A stretch of DNA of 63,984 nucleotides, counting the filler, from Octopus bimaculoides (Eukaryota), in assembly GCF_001194135.2 (NCBI RefSeq). It is 5 parts of 5 records of this genome, joined end to end, with 100 filler letters (N's around TTAATTAATTAA, not from the genome) between each part and the next. Parts side by side here need not be neighbours in the genome. Positions count along the whole stretch, not along the records: positions 1 to 28,095 come from NC_068986.1; 4 more parts are not named here. One strand, written 5' to 3'. Position numbers and translations under genes: made by a program. Below are positions 1 to 12,979 of this stretch, piece after piece (the first letter of the stretch is position 1; the number at the start of each line of letters is the position of its first letter). The notes below the pieces were generated by a model that made no database searches, was not told the DNA's origin, and was given only the letters and a program-made list of their open reading frames with translations.

Positions 1-297
1 AGATCGTCATCAGAGAATAATTACCCATCTTCTCTCCACGAGAAAATGGCAGCTTTTTGGTATTTACAGGATCTGATACGGCCATACTGAATACACACAT
101 GCATACATCGACACGAATGCATTCACATACATGAAGGTAGACATTACGTAATACTTATACGAATACAATCATATATGCCTATATGCATGCGTATATGCAT
201 ACGGACATACATATATGCATATATACATATATACATGTATGCATATATACATACTTACAAAGATACATAAATAACTACATGCGTACGTGTATACGTA

Positions 298-1573
298 CAG
301 CCTTGTCCAAAAGTATTAGGCCACCCCAATGTTTTGGGGTTCTGCTATCCCAATGTTAACGAAACCCGTGCACATGGTAGATTATGATATATTTCGCAGT
401 ATACATTAGATTTAATATCTGGTTGAACCTTCTTTAGCATCAATTACCGCTTTTATACGGTTAGGCATTGAGTCATCTAGTTTCTTGCAGGTCCTAGGCG
501 CAATTTTACTCCATTCTTCTCTCAACTTTTGGTACAAACGCTCTTTATTTTTAATTGTTGTGTTTCTGATAACTTCACCAAGAGTTCCCCATAGGTGTTC
601 GATCGAATTTAGATCGGGACTTTGAGCTGGCCAGTCCATGGGAACAATACCTTGTGTCTCAAACCATTGACGAGTATTCTTTGCTGTATAACATGGAGCG
701 TTGTCCTGTTGAAAGATAACACTGTTTTTCGACACTCCTGGATGCAATGTAGCACTTGATGGCTCTAAAATATCCGGTAACATAGAAACATAAGTACCTG
801 AATTCATTCTTCCATGACACAAAAACATTTCTCTGTGTCCAGTGGCAGACATGCAGGCCCACGCCATGATAGAACCCTTCCCCCTCATGTTTTATGGTTG
901 GTACCAGATATTCAGTCTTAAATGCTTCCCCAACTCTGCGACGCATTGAAAACCTGAGTAAAAGCATGAAAAATAGTATTAGCTTTATGTTGGATACTTT
1001 TTTTATATACATTTTGGGCAACAAACCAGTTACATTAAATTTATACATTGATTGACTACATGTACTATCTTACCTTATAGTTACTTTCATCAGACCATAT
1101 GACTTTCGACCATTGCTCACTGGTCCAATTTGAGTGATTTTTGGCCCACTGAAGACGCTTTTCCATATTCACTTCAGAAGCCCATGGCTTCTTCCTGGCT
1201 TTACGGCCTTTCAGAACGTACTCTACAAGCCTTATTCTAACAGTTCTGGTTGATATTTGTGAAGTACTTGCCTCGTTGAAGTTCGCACAGAGCTCCGACG
1301 ATGTTTTTCTCCTGTTTCTGAGCGGTTGATGGATGATGGATCTGTCATCACGATGTGATGTATGCTTTTTTTCTATCTGTTCTTTGTATTATCTTCACAT
1401 CTTTCATCTCTCTGAAGCGAGAGTCGTTTGCACCGCACATCGAGAACATTTCATCTACTGAGCAATTTACCTTTGAGACATTCCATCTTCATGATGAGCT
1501 ACGATTTGACCTCGCTCATACTCACTCAACTCTGTTTTAGGCATTTTACTGTTTATTAACTGTATCTACAACG
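298..1573 (-). mobile_element. Tc1-family DNA transposon (DD34E), degenerate, 5' region interrupted by a mariner
   Basis: TA at 296-297 then a Tc1-like TIR CAGCCTTGTCCAAAAGTATTAGGCC. Manual minus-strand translation from ATG 1544 gives MPKTELSEYERGQIVAHHEDGMSQR*...ARKKPW...RLQWAKNHSNWTSEQWSKVIWSDES, then VRRR-like/VPTIKH and FQQDNAPC...WPAQSPDLNSIEHLW. I count 34 residues between the second D and the E. Stops and frameshifts are present. Confidence 0.92.
954..1073 (-). other. Putative 120-nt GT-AG intron inside the Tc1 transposase
   Basis: Minus strand reads AAG|GTAAGA...TTTTTCATGCTTTTACTCAG|GTT. Removing it joins WSDESNYK to VFN in phase 0, at a position where Tc1 transposases have only a short linker. 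Confidence 0.6.
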
Positions 1574-1575
1574 TA

Positions 1576-2590
1576 TTAGGTTGGCAACTAAGTTCCCGCC
1601 GTTTTTTAAAAATTTATATTTTTAAAAGGTTTAATAAAAAAATAACAATTAATTAATCATTAATGTATTCACCCTTATTGTTTACAACTTCTCAACATTC
1701 AATAAGATTTGCAATACCTCGTTGGTAGAAATCACCCGATTTCGACTCGAAAAATTGATCCAACCAAGCTCTCAATTCTGCATCAGTATTGAACGAAACT
1801 CCGCGCATAGCATTTGGAGGAGATTTAAAGAGGTGGGAATCCGTTGGTGTCAAATCAGGAGAGTACAGCGGGTGTGGCAGCACTTCCCAGCCATGCGTTT
1901 GAATGGCTTCCTAGGTCATATTGGCGATATGAGGGCGGGCGTTGTCGTGCAGTAGAACTTTATGCTGCCGAATAGGTCTTTTCTCTTGAATAGCCGTGTT
2001 GAGTCGTTCCATCGGTTGAACATAGAGTTCCGCGTTGACCATTTGGTTCCGTTCAAGCAATTCGTAATGGATAATCCCTTCCCAGTCCCACCATACGCAG
2101 AACATCGTTTTACGCGGATAAAGATCTTGTCTCACGCGCGGTGTCGCTCTTTTACCGGGGCTAAGCCATTCCATACGCTGCTTCATATTGATGTACAGGT
2201 ACCATTTTTCGTCACCATTAACGATTCGGTAAAGAAATCGTTGCTTGTATCCATGAATTGAGAGGTGACGAACAAGCAAACCAGCGGAGATTGTGGCTCG
2301 TTGATTTTTGTTGTTGTCACTTAAAGCATGCGGAACCCATGCACCATACTTCTGAACCTTTCCCATCGAGTGAAGATGCTTCTCTGTAGCAGTGTGGGAG
2401 CATTCCATTTTCTCTGCCAGTTGCCTTGTCGTTTGACGAGAATTTTCGTGCAAAAGTTGGTTTAATCGTTCTTCATCGAACTCAACTGGACGGCCAGAAC
2501 GTGCTGCATCTTTGAGGTCAAAATTTCCATTTTTAAACTTGGCATACCAATCACGAGCGGTCCTTTCAGCTATGTACCCTCTCCATACAC
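1576..2590 (-). mobile_element. mariner transposon (DD34D), 5' end lost in gap, nested in the Tc1
   Basis: TA at 1574-1575 then TIR TTAGGTTGGCAACTAAGTTCCCGCCG. Minus-strand translation contains WVPHAL, IVNGDEKW, LLHDNARPH and YSPDLTPTDSHLF, ending NKGEYIND* at 1653. D-to-D spacing is 34, with one internal stop. Confidence 0.93.
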
Positions 2591-4077
2591 NNNNNNNNNN
2601 NNNNNNNNNNNNNNNNNNNNNNNNNNNNNNNNNNNNNNNNNNNNNNNNNNNNNNNNNNNNNNNNNNNNNNNNNNNNNNNNNNNNNNNNNNNNNNNNNNNN
2701 NNNNNNNNNNNNNNNNNNNNNNNNNNNNNNNNNNNNNNNNNNNNNNNNNNNNNNNNNNNNNNNNNNNNNNNNNNNNNNNNNNNNNNNNNNNNNNNNNNNN
2801 NNNNNNNNNNNNNNNNNNNNNNNNNNNNNNNNNNNNNNNNNNNNNNNNNNNNNNNNNNNNNNNNNNNNNNNNNNNNNNNNNNNNNNNNNNNNNNNNNNNN
2901 NNNNNNNNNNNNNNNNNNNNNNNNNNNNNNNNNNNNNNNNNNNNNNNNNNNNNNNNNNNNNNNNNNNNNNNNNNNNNNNNNNNNNNNNNNNNNNNNNNNN
3001 NNNNNNNNNNNNNNNNNNNNNNNNNNNNNNNNNNNNNNNNNNNNNNNNNNNNNNNNNNNNNNNNNNNNNNNNNNNNNNNNNNNNNNNNNNNNNNNNNNNN
3101 NNNNNNNNNNNNNNNNNNNNNNNNNNNNNNNNNNNNNNNNNNNNNNNNNNNNNNNNNNNNNNNNNNNNNNNNNNNNNNNNNNNNNNNNNNNNNNNNNNNN
3201 NNNNNNNNNNNNNNNNNNNNNNNNNNNNNNNNNNNNNNNNNNNNNNNNNNNNNNNNNNNNNNNNNNNNNNNNNNNNTATCCATGCCTAAATATATGCATA
3301 CATGCATCTATCCATTCGTGCGTGCATACATGCGTATACTTATATATACATATGTAAGTACATTCGAGCAAATATACTCAAGTACATACAAACATACATA
3401 CATTCATTCGTTTATGCATATATGCATATGCACATACACAGATACATACGTACAAACATGCATGATAGATACAACATAGATATAAACATACATACGGACG
3501 CATACGTACGTACGTACACATACATACATACAGACATACATACAGGCACCAGACAGATAGACAGACAGTCTGACAGGGTTGAACAGAAAGAAGCGAAAGA
3601 ATATTGAGAGTCATCGTGACAAAGAGTACAAATAGCGATTGATATTTTAGCGAGTGAGGAAAAAAATCAGATGGGTAGATAGAGGAGAGAGGGTAGAGAA
3701 TAAAGAAGAAGGAACACTAGTGGACGATAGGGAAACGGAAAAGGCATTCATAAACATGGTCTGTTCTGTTGGGGAGAAAAGAAAGGGGCTCACTGACGAG
3801 TTAAAATAGAGGAAGTGATGGAAGAAAGAAGGGCTTCGATCGGATGAGTTTTGGAATGGCGGAAGGGGAAGACGCATAGGAGGAAAAGAAGAGAGAAAAT
3901 GTGTGGAAGTAGGAAGAGAGTTGAAGTAGTTGTACATGAAGCGAAATAGGGAAGACAGCCACTATTCCTTAGACCCTGCATTATACTCACACATATACAG
4001 TTATAAACGATGGAATTTGTCACATGTTATTCTGTAGAAGACATAGGCTCACTGTTATAAATATGTAACATTACACA

Positions 4078-4108
<31 letters not shown>

Positions 4109-4577
4109 NNNNNNNNNNNNNNNNNNNNNNNNNNNNNNNNNNNNNNNNNNNNNNNNNNNNNNNNNNNNNNNNNNNNNNNNNNNNNNNNNNNNNNNNNNNN
4201 NNNNNNNNNNNNNNNNNNNNNNNNNNNNNNNNNNNNNNNNNNNNNNNNNNNNNNNNNNNNNNNNNNNNNNNNNNNNNNNNNNNNNNNNNNNNNNNNNNNN
4301 NNNNNNNNNNNNNNNNNNNNNNNNNNNNNNNNNNNNNNNNNNNNNNNNNNNNNNNNNNNNNNNNNNNNNNNNNNNNNNNNNNNNNNNNNNNNNNNNNNNN
4401 NNNNNNNNNNNNNNNNNNNNNNNNNNNNNNNNNNNNNNNNNNNNNNNNNNNNNNNNNNNNNNNNNNNNNNNNNNNNNNNNNNNNNNNNNNNNNNNNNNNN
4501 NNNNNNNNNNNNNNNNNNNNNNNNNNNNNNNNNNNNNNNNNNNNNNNNNNNNNNNNNNNNNNNNNNNNNNNNNNNNN

Positions 4578-4635
<58 letters not shown>

Positions 4636-5269
4636 GTACACACACACACACGCACATGCACACACGTATATATATATATATACACATACATACGCATAAG
4701 CAAACACACACATACATACTGACGCACATAAACACACAGACACACGCGCAGACACACACACGCGCAGATACACACGCACAGACGCTCAGACACGCACAAC
4801 ACACACAGATAGGCACACGCACACGTACTCCCACATACATACATACACATACGCAAACACATGCGCACAGACACACACACACACACACACATACACACAC
4901 ACAGACACACAATCACACACAAATACGTTCACATACATACAAATACGCTAACAAACACACACATATACAGGCACACACTCATAACCTTCATATAGATACA
5001 CATACACACCAACGAGCAAGCTGATGCGCACACTGACGCATGTATTCATTTATACTTACATACGACTTTCTGAACCTCCACTTCTACTCAAATACAAAGC
5101 CTGATTGAGCCACGTAAATGCGGTCAGACACAGATAGACGCTGCCGCTCGCATAGACACATGCAAACACAGATTAGCTTCTGTAGGCACAAACTAGACAA
5201 GTGTATGATCGGTGGCGGCAGGAACAGATGTACTAAGCCGTTAAGATAGAGCCGCTGCAATTATTGATT

Positions 5270-5322
5270 GTTGTAATGGTCGCCGTTGTTATTTGATGTT
5301 GGTGTTGATGCTGTTGATATGG

Positions 5323-5353
<31 letters not shown>

Positions 5354-5619
5354 TGTTTTTGTTGCCGAGTTGTTGTTGCTGTTGTTGTTGTAGTTGTAGT
5401 TGTTGCTTATCGGTGATGCTGCTGACGATTGATGATTGATGGTTGATGGTGATGATCGTCGTCACCAAGTCGTCGCCGTTGTCGACATCGTCGCCGTCGT
5501 CGCCATCATCATCATCATCATCATTACGTCGTCGTCGTCGTCGTCATCATCACCACCACCACTACCACCACCGCCGCTGCAATCCTCCTCCTCCTCCTCA
5601 TCATCATCATCATAATGAT

Positions 5620-5663
<44 letters not shown>

Positions 5664-5665
5664 CC
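5270..5665. repeat. Mosaic trinucleotide microsatellite (GTT/GCT/GAT/CGT/CAT)
   Basis: Direct reading. It explains the His/Ser-rich ORF 5443-5844. Confidence 0.9.
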
Positions 5666-6119
5666 GTCTCCGCCAACATCGTATGTTTAGAAGAGCCATG
5701 ACGAAGCTATGTTCTGTTCGTGGTCGGTATTTAATGTATTGTCCAAGGGCCTCAGATATAGTTGTTATAATTATTTTGCCACATGTCAAGTCATTAAAAA
5801 AAAAAAAACTCTCTGGTCTTTTTTGTTTTTTCTTTTCTGATTAAGCCGTAGTTTATGAAGAATTTATCCAATGTCATCTTCCTTTTTTAAGGTAATTAAT
5901 GTTATGATATGAATTAGATTTGGGTGCTATTTACTAGAAGATCGTGTTTGCATCTTGTGTGGACAATATTCTTCAGTCATAGAAATATACCGACGACTGA
6001 GTTCTGTGGAATTGCTAGTGAAATAAACCTGGCAATTGCATTTCTTAATTCTCTCCAGGTTTTCCTTTAACTGTGTTTATCGCACATAAAGTATTTTCGG
6101 CCTAATTAACAATAAGGGC

Positions 6120-6363
6120 ATCAACAACAACACCAATAAATATACTCCAGGAGCCAATGGCATCTATTAGAGATAATCGTAGATATACTACATCTGAGGC
6201 ACAAAACATCTAGACAGATGTCGGAACACTGACAAAAGCATAACAGTCACAATTGAGGACAATGAAAGAAATTTGGGTAATTTAAGAATTAAGGAAGCAT
6301 TACTCATACACAGACTAGGACCCCAAATTAACAACAGGCAGGAGATTGATAATCAATATATTA
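6120..6363 (+). mobile_element. Penelope-like element GIY-YIG endonuclease C-terminal remnant
   Basis: Frameshifted translation gives RQMSEH*QKHN and IEDNERNLGNLRIKEALLIHRLGPQINNRQE, which resembles the EH...IKEAL.I...P.IN end of PLE GIY-YIG domains. A hammerhead motif lies about 280 bp downstream. Confidence 0.55.
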
Positions 6364-6641
6364 TTTAGCTACATCTGGACGCGTGTAGGTTCATTCTTAA
6401 TAACATGCTCATGTATTCTTTATAACAAAAAAAAAGAAGAGAAGCTGCACGTATAACACATAACTTAGAAGCAGCGCTGCAGATACACCAACACACACGA
6501 GATTGAAACATAGCCGACCTCACGCACTTCTGATGAGGAATTCCGGAAGGAGCTTCGTGAGACCACTACTGAGACACTTCCGGAAAAAGAAAGAAGAAAA
6601 ACCTTTTGTAAACAGTTGATAGCAGAGACTCCATCTGGGAA

Positions 6642-6676
6642 GATCTGAAGAAGGAATTGTATTCCGAAATATCATC
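6642..6676 (+). ncRNA. Minimal type I hammerhead ribozyme motif
   Basis: gat-CTGAAGA-a-ggaat(tgt)attcc-GAAA-t-ATC-atc. Core is intact, stem II is 5 bp, stem I is only 3 bp, stem III is the palindrome ATAT. Confidence 0.5.
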
Positions 6677-8084
6677 GGACTATAGATAACTAAATTACAA
6701 TAAGTATATAGTCCATTTTTTGTATTATTGTGCATTGTTGTACCATTCAAAACTTTTTATTCTTTACAGATAATATAGTTTTACATAAACAGGATCGTTT
6801 TTATCCTAGGTTTGGAAGGTTATGTTTGGTCAGGGGCCAGATGGGAACAGTACTAACTCAAAGTTATTTCAAAGTCAAACTTGTGGAAGAATATTTGCAG
6901 TTGGATCGCTCATTTATTTGACAAGGACATTCCAACGCAATTTTTTCTATTTAATGTACATAACTTTGTACTCAAATGATTGTACCTTTTTTTTTTAGGT
7001 TTAAATCACACAAAACTGTTGAATATTTCTGGTGAAGTATATATCTAGTGGTTTGTGACAATGCATGTCTCATAGGATCTGCATCACAAATAATAGACTG
7101 CTGTCCATTGGTATGTACACTTTATAAGAGAGTATGATGAATGAAAGTTACAGTAAAGTCGTTAGAAAATTACTATTCCTAAATCTCACAACGTGAGATA
7201 TTCAGCAACTTTGTAGTAAAGATTGTTTGCTAACATAACATGGCAGTCCTGGTTTAGGATTAATGTTTCTGTAATTTGGCCCCAGGAGACATCGTCTCCA
7301 GCTGGTTATACGACACGATCTGGTCGATTTCGGCTAATCAGCGACAACAAATGCAATTTATGAACAAGTTAAGTCTTATGTCCTGTGCTTAAGATACCTA
7401 CTGCTACCCATATAACTAATAAAAATGCACAATGTTTTAATAAGGAATGCACAAAGATTTAATAAGGAAATAAAAACAGTTGAGATTAGTAGGGTGGGAT
7501 CATTCTAGAAATGTTCATCTGATAGGCCGTTCTTGTTAAAATTATGAAAATGAATCTCTGGTGAAAAATACCGCTGAATGAGGGATTAAATCTACCACCC
7601 AGCATTTAGAATTTCCAGCGAATTGTATAACCCCAAGTCAGCCCTGATAAAACAAACCTATGATCAAAGGCATTCCAGAAGAGGCCACTACGTTTATTAT
7701 CCAGACACACATTATCCAGTATGTCTTTTTCCGTTTTAATTGTGGTTGGGTGTAACTGCAGGCGTATTTAGGGCCAAGCCAATGAGTATTTCATCGTGGT
7801 AGAAAAATTCGAATGTTCTAAGTGATTAACAACTCCCATCGTGTGTATAAATATATATCTAGTATATTAAAGGCTTCACTAAATACAAATCATGATCTCA
7901 ATACACTATTTGCAAAGGAAATACACTAAATTAGCATTCGTATATGTATATATTTTATGGCTGTTTTTAATTATAAAATAAGAAGAAATTTAGCAGTCGG
8001 ATTAGCGTCAACGAAACGTGAAAGTCCAAGAAGCAGTATTTCTTATATAAAGTGATTATATTAATGAAGTACGATTTCTTTAGA

Positions 8085-8295
8085 CTCTCTCTCTCTCTCT
8101 CTCCTTTTCTCTCTCTCTCTCCTTTTCTCTCTCTCTCCTTTTCTCTCTCTCCTTTTCTCTTTCTCTCCTTTTCTGCCTCTCTCCTTTTCTCTCTCTCCTT
8201 TTCTCTCGCTCTCCTTTTCTCTCGCTCTCCTTTTCTCTCTCTCTCCTTTTCTCTCTCTCTCTCCTTTTCTCTGTCTCTCTCTCTCTCTCTCTCTC
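8085..8295. repeat. CT-rich minisatellite (ctccttttctctctct units)
   Basis: Direct reading. Confidence 0.9.
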
Positions 8296-8821
8296 ATGAT
8301 ATGCACACATAAATAAACAGAACCACGCACAGGCACACACACATGCGCACATACATGCATAACAAAACCATACACACATTCTTTTCTTCTTGGATTTAGT
8401 GGGACACTACTTTCAAGTATTTAATCGGTCATTACGACCCCAGGACTTAGTTCATGCATTTTTCGAGGCCAAAGTGCTAAAAAGATCCATGAAGTAAAAC
8501 AATATAAAAATCACCAAATTTTAAACTGTTTTAAACATTAACACAGAAAAAACAGCTGTTGCTATTAAGTTAGATGTGGCCTGGGCCTATACTGGCCTAT
8601 CTAAGTTATTAAAACATGATTACACATGTCTTTGAACACATACATGTATTAATATATATGATCACCGCTATCTCTTTCTCTCTCTCTATCCCTCCCTATA
8701 TGAATAGCAAACAAGTAATGCATGGAAGTTGTAAAGACAAGGAGACAACGTAGGAGACAACATGTGGAGTTATACAAGCACAATACATGTGAAGACACAG
8801 GAACATGGAAGGAATTACTCA

Positions 8822-9195
8822 TTTACTCTTTTACTTGTTTCAGTCATTTGAATGTGGCCATGCTGGAGCACCGCCTTTTAGTCGAGCAAATCGACCCCAG
8901 GACTTATTCTTTGGAAGCCTAGTACTTATTCTATCGATCTCTTTTTGCCGAACCGCTAGGTTACGGGACCATAAACACACCAGCATCGGTTGTCAAACGA
9001 TGTTGGGGGGACAAACACAGACACAAACATATACACACACATACATATATATACATATATACGACGGGCTTCTTTCAGTTACCGTCTACCAAATCCACTC
9101 ACAAGGCTTTGGTCGGCCCGAGGGTATAGTAGAAGACACTTGCCCAAGGTGCCACGCAGTGGGAATGAACCCAGAACCATGTGGTTGGTAAGCAA
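8822..9195 (-). mobile_element. tRNA-derived SINE family A, 5'-truncated, with internal CA/TA microsatellite
   Basis: Matches the copies at 14181, 15512, 25140, 44655 and 59948, including ttgggcaagtgtcttctac and the ggtgctccagcatggcc...aaaagagtaa tail. Confidence 0.85.
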
Positions 9196-9370
9196 TTGAA
9201 AAATATGTTCAACGAAAATGAAGCAACGGATTATGGCTTTTATTACAGACAAGTAAAAGTAATAATAGAGGAGGAAGAGAAATAGAAACGAAACCAAATT
9301 TACTATGTCATATATACATACATACATACATACATACATACATACATACATACATACATACATACATACA

Positions 9371-9406
<36 letters not shown>

Positions 9407-9873
9407 TATATATACATACATACATACANNNNNNNNNNNNNNNNNNNNNNNNNNNNNNNNNNNNNNNNNNNNNNNNNNNNNNNNNNNNNNNNNNNNNNNN
9501 NNNNNNNNNNNNNNNNNNNNNNNNNNNNNNCCAAACATACGAATTATGTTTAGTGTATATATCTCAATATCCCACTCTCTTTCATCGTGTATATATATAC
9601 ATAATACAGAATGGGACAAGAACACAAAACATCCAGACAGTTAGGTGATACAAGAAGGGGACAAAACATCCAAATAGACGATACAAAGAAAACACGGACA
9701 GGTCATTCGGAGTTTTTTTCTTTAGATTATTGAGATTATCCTTTCAATTTCGGCTCGTTATTCTCGATATTGCTCCAATCTGGCCAGCCCCAAGGAAAAA
9801 CTATGCTAAGAGCATTAGATTCCTTGGAAGAAAGCAGCGAATGTATACAAAAACAAGGACATATGTATGTATA

Positions 9874-10380
9874 CGAGGAGGTACCAAAAACCTCTGTGAG
9901 ACAAGCCCGTTGTAGTTTAGGTTTCCGCCGCTAGAAGCCACTTGATGCGACCCTCAGGCTTCAGTCTGCCGACCGGCGTCATTGTTTGCGGTTGTACTGC
10001 TATGTGACGCGTCTTTGTTTTGTAGTGCTTCGCTCCTGTTGGTCGATTTTTGTGATGGCTGAAACGAAGGTACAACGTGCTTTTGTAAAATTCTATTTTC
10101 TGCTGGGGAAAACGGCGGCTGTAACAGCTATTATGCTTCTTACAACTTACAAGGACGCTGCCATGAGGACAACACAGTTCATGAGTGGTTTTCACGCTTT
10201 GGGAATGATTATTTTTCGCTTGAATACCAATCTCGTTCAGGGTGACCGTCGACCTCCTGAACGAATGAAAGCATCACGAAAAAATTTATGAGCTGATCTT
10301 GGAAGACCGTCGCCAAACAATTGACGAACTTGTTGATATGGCTGATGTGTCCTGGAGCTCCTGCTAACGACCTTTGATCA
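9874..10380 (+). mobile_element. mariner-type transposon 5' fragment
   Basis: TA + CGAGGAGGTACCAAAAA TIR-like start. ORF 9986-10291 contains QRAFVKFYFLLGKTAAVTAIML, a mariner N-terminal HTH signature. Confidence 0.75.
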
Positions 10381-10384
10381 CCAT

Positions 10385-11090
10385 GTGTCAGAAGGAACAG
10401 TCAGAAATATTGTCCCCGAAGACATCAGATATAAGTCTTATATGATGAGGAAATTTGTCAGAAAAAGCAAAAGAAAATCACTATACCAGATCTAAAAGGC
10501 TCTTAAACAAACTGAAAAATCCCGCAGAAGATTTGACTGGATTTTTATCAAACGAGAAAAACTTCAACCAAGTAAACAGAAGAAATAACAGATGGTTATG
10601 TGCAGACCCATCTGAAGTTCCAAGTGTTTTGCATACAAAATTTCAGTGAGACTCTGCCCTGTCACACATGGCTCTAATAACACAACAAAGGATGGCTGAA
10701 AACTTTCATGATCATATAACCCCTAACATTTGGCCTCCAAATACCCCAGATCACACTTCATTGGACTATTACATGTGGAACATTGTTGAGAGAAAGGTCA
10801 ATAAAAACACCCATAACACCAAAGATTCTTTGAAAGCTGCCATATTCAGAGTAATGTCCAAAATGAACCAGGACCACTTGATTCGAGCATGTAGATGATT
10901 TAGATCTCATATAGATGATTTAGATCTCATATAGATGATTTAGATCTCATAGAAGCAGTTGCTGAAGCTGAAGGTGGTTTTATTGGATAACATTATAGAA
11001 AAGAAAGATTATTTGTATCCTCATAGCATTTTTTGATAAATAAATTTATCTGTTATATACATAAATCTGTCCTCAAATATCTTACGTATC
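10385..11090 (+). mobile_element. maT-type (DD37D) transposase remnant with internal deletion
   Basis: FLSNEKNFNQVNRRNNRWLCADPSEVPSVLHTKF, then Q*DSALSH...WPPNTPDHTSLDYYMW with 37 residues between the two D residues. A 20-bp unit is triplicated at 10892-10951. Confidence 0.8.
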
Positions 11091-11176
11091 CAGATATCGT
11101 AGAGTTTAAATTTATTTAGTGCAAGCTGAAAACTTCACTAAAGCACTTAGTGACTGTCAGGGAATTTTTAAAGTTG

Positions 11177-11232
<56 letters not shown>

Positions 11233-11363
11233 GTGTGTGTGGAGGGGAGAGTGCACAAAAGATACACACACACACAAACACACATATATACATATATATA
11301 TATATATATGCGTGTGTATGTATATATATATATATATATATGTATATATAATGTGTATATATA

Positions 11364-11480
<117 letters not shown>

Positions 11481-12460
11481 CATGTATGTATATTTTCACA
11501 TACATAGTTAAATATATACAGACATACATGTGGAGTAGATTAGCTATCAATTTCGCTAAAATACCAATTTAGTTTCTTTTTGTCATGCGATCACAAAATG
11601 ACGAAGACAAAAAAATGAGTACGTCAAGACAAAAGCTTCTTCACCATTTAGACACTAATGGCGTTCCAGCACGCAAGCGATCGGAGAATCAAAAATGTTT
11701 CTTCCCATACAACACTCTTTATGTCTTCACCAATATATGATCTATGAAGCTGGCGGGGATTCATTGTCACAGAGGCGCATAATACATCGAATATCACAAC
11801 GGAGATACACCATCTGTTTATGATTGGAAGAAACCCATATCTTGCCTTGTACTCGGAAAGAAAGAATGCAAGACTGACAAATACCGATGCATCATTTTTT
11901 CTTATGGGAAATTAATCCTTGTGTAACACTAGTTTAACTCTCTACATGTGAGAAACAGCCGCTGCATGCACGCAAAATAAGCACAATGATCATAAATTCA
12001 AAACTTCGAAACACCACTGGCTTCAAGTGTCAGAATATCCTTCTCTAAAATATATTTATATATACATGTAGGTAATAAAATATATGCAAATGTAATTATA
12101 AACATAATTTGTTCTTTGCTAAATGTTTTTTCATCTCACCAGATGTCCAAAAATTATCCGCCTTTGAGAAAGTAAGAAGCTTTGTTGGGTCACTAGTTTA
12201 ATCGCTGATGGCTTACTGTTGAACAGTAACCTGTTTGCTATGTATGCAAGTACGAGACACTGAACTCACAGTGCAAACATTTCTAACTGGATGTAGGTAA
12301 ATAGTATAATGTAGCATTGTACATGTTTGCTATCGAGCAAGGTTTTGTCCAGTAGTTCATATGAGAACGTGTTTGGTCTGTTTTATATAAACCAGTAGAT
12401 TGAAAACTGATCAATGACAAGAAATTTGGAAATGATCATCCGACAATATATAGATCAACT

Positions 12461-12660
12461 AAGGCGGCCAGCTGGATAGAATCGTTAGCACTCCAGGCAA
12501 AATGCTTGGTGGCATTCCGTCCATCTTTACATTCTAAAGTCAAATTCTGCGGAGGCCAACTTTACTTTTCATCCTTTCGGGGTCAATAAAATATCAGTTG
12601 ATGTAATCGCCTTACCTCTCGTCAGAAATTGCTGGCATTATGCCAAAATTTGAAACCAAT
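12461..12660 (+). mobile_element. tRNA-like SINE family B
   Basis: ggcg.gctggcagaatcgttagca...ttctgagttcaaattc...catcctttcggggtcgataaaataag motif, repeated at about 16175, 34085, 34592, 39765, 55236 and 62520. Confidence 0.85.
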
Positions 12661-12979
12661 ATACAGATCGGCTACAGAAACACCTAAAAATGTTGCTGAA
12701 AACCATAAGAGAGGGATGAAATTGTAATTAAATGATTCCTAGCACCTTTTCTCTCAAAATGTATTCACTTCGTGATTAAATTCGGTCGCTCTGATGCTTT
12801 TTATAATATATCAAAATAAAAATACCCAGTACTAATTATTACGATAAATCATCAACATTTTTGTAGTGCAGAGCACTATAAATCAGTACAGAGATAATTC
12901 AACGCACTTACCAACAAAACAAATTTTGAAGCTAAAACAATTTACCTAGATACAAAAATTACAATTAGTTTTAGAAGTA

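Noticed and set aside
5443-5844. Poly-His/Ser/Arg ORF
   Set aside because: It derives from trinucleotide repeats, has no recognisable domain and no convincing splice partners.
6530-6560. CTGATGAGGAATTCCGGAA hammerhead-like start
   Set aside because: No GAAA or cleavage triplet in register.
6999-7110. Acceptor/donor-bounded segment
   Set aside because: Stops in all frames and no partner exons, so it cannot be supported.
10892-10951. 20-bp triplicated unit and other short tandem arrays as CRISPR-like
   Set aside because: No unique spacers, eukaryotic context, no cas genes.
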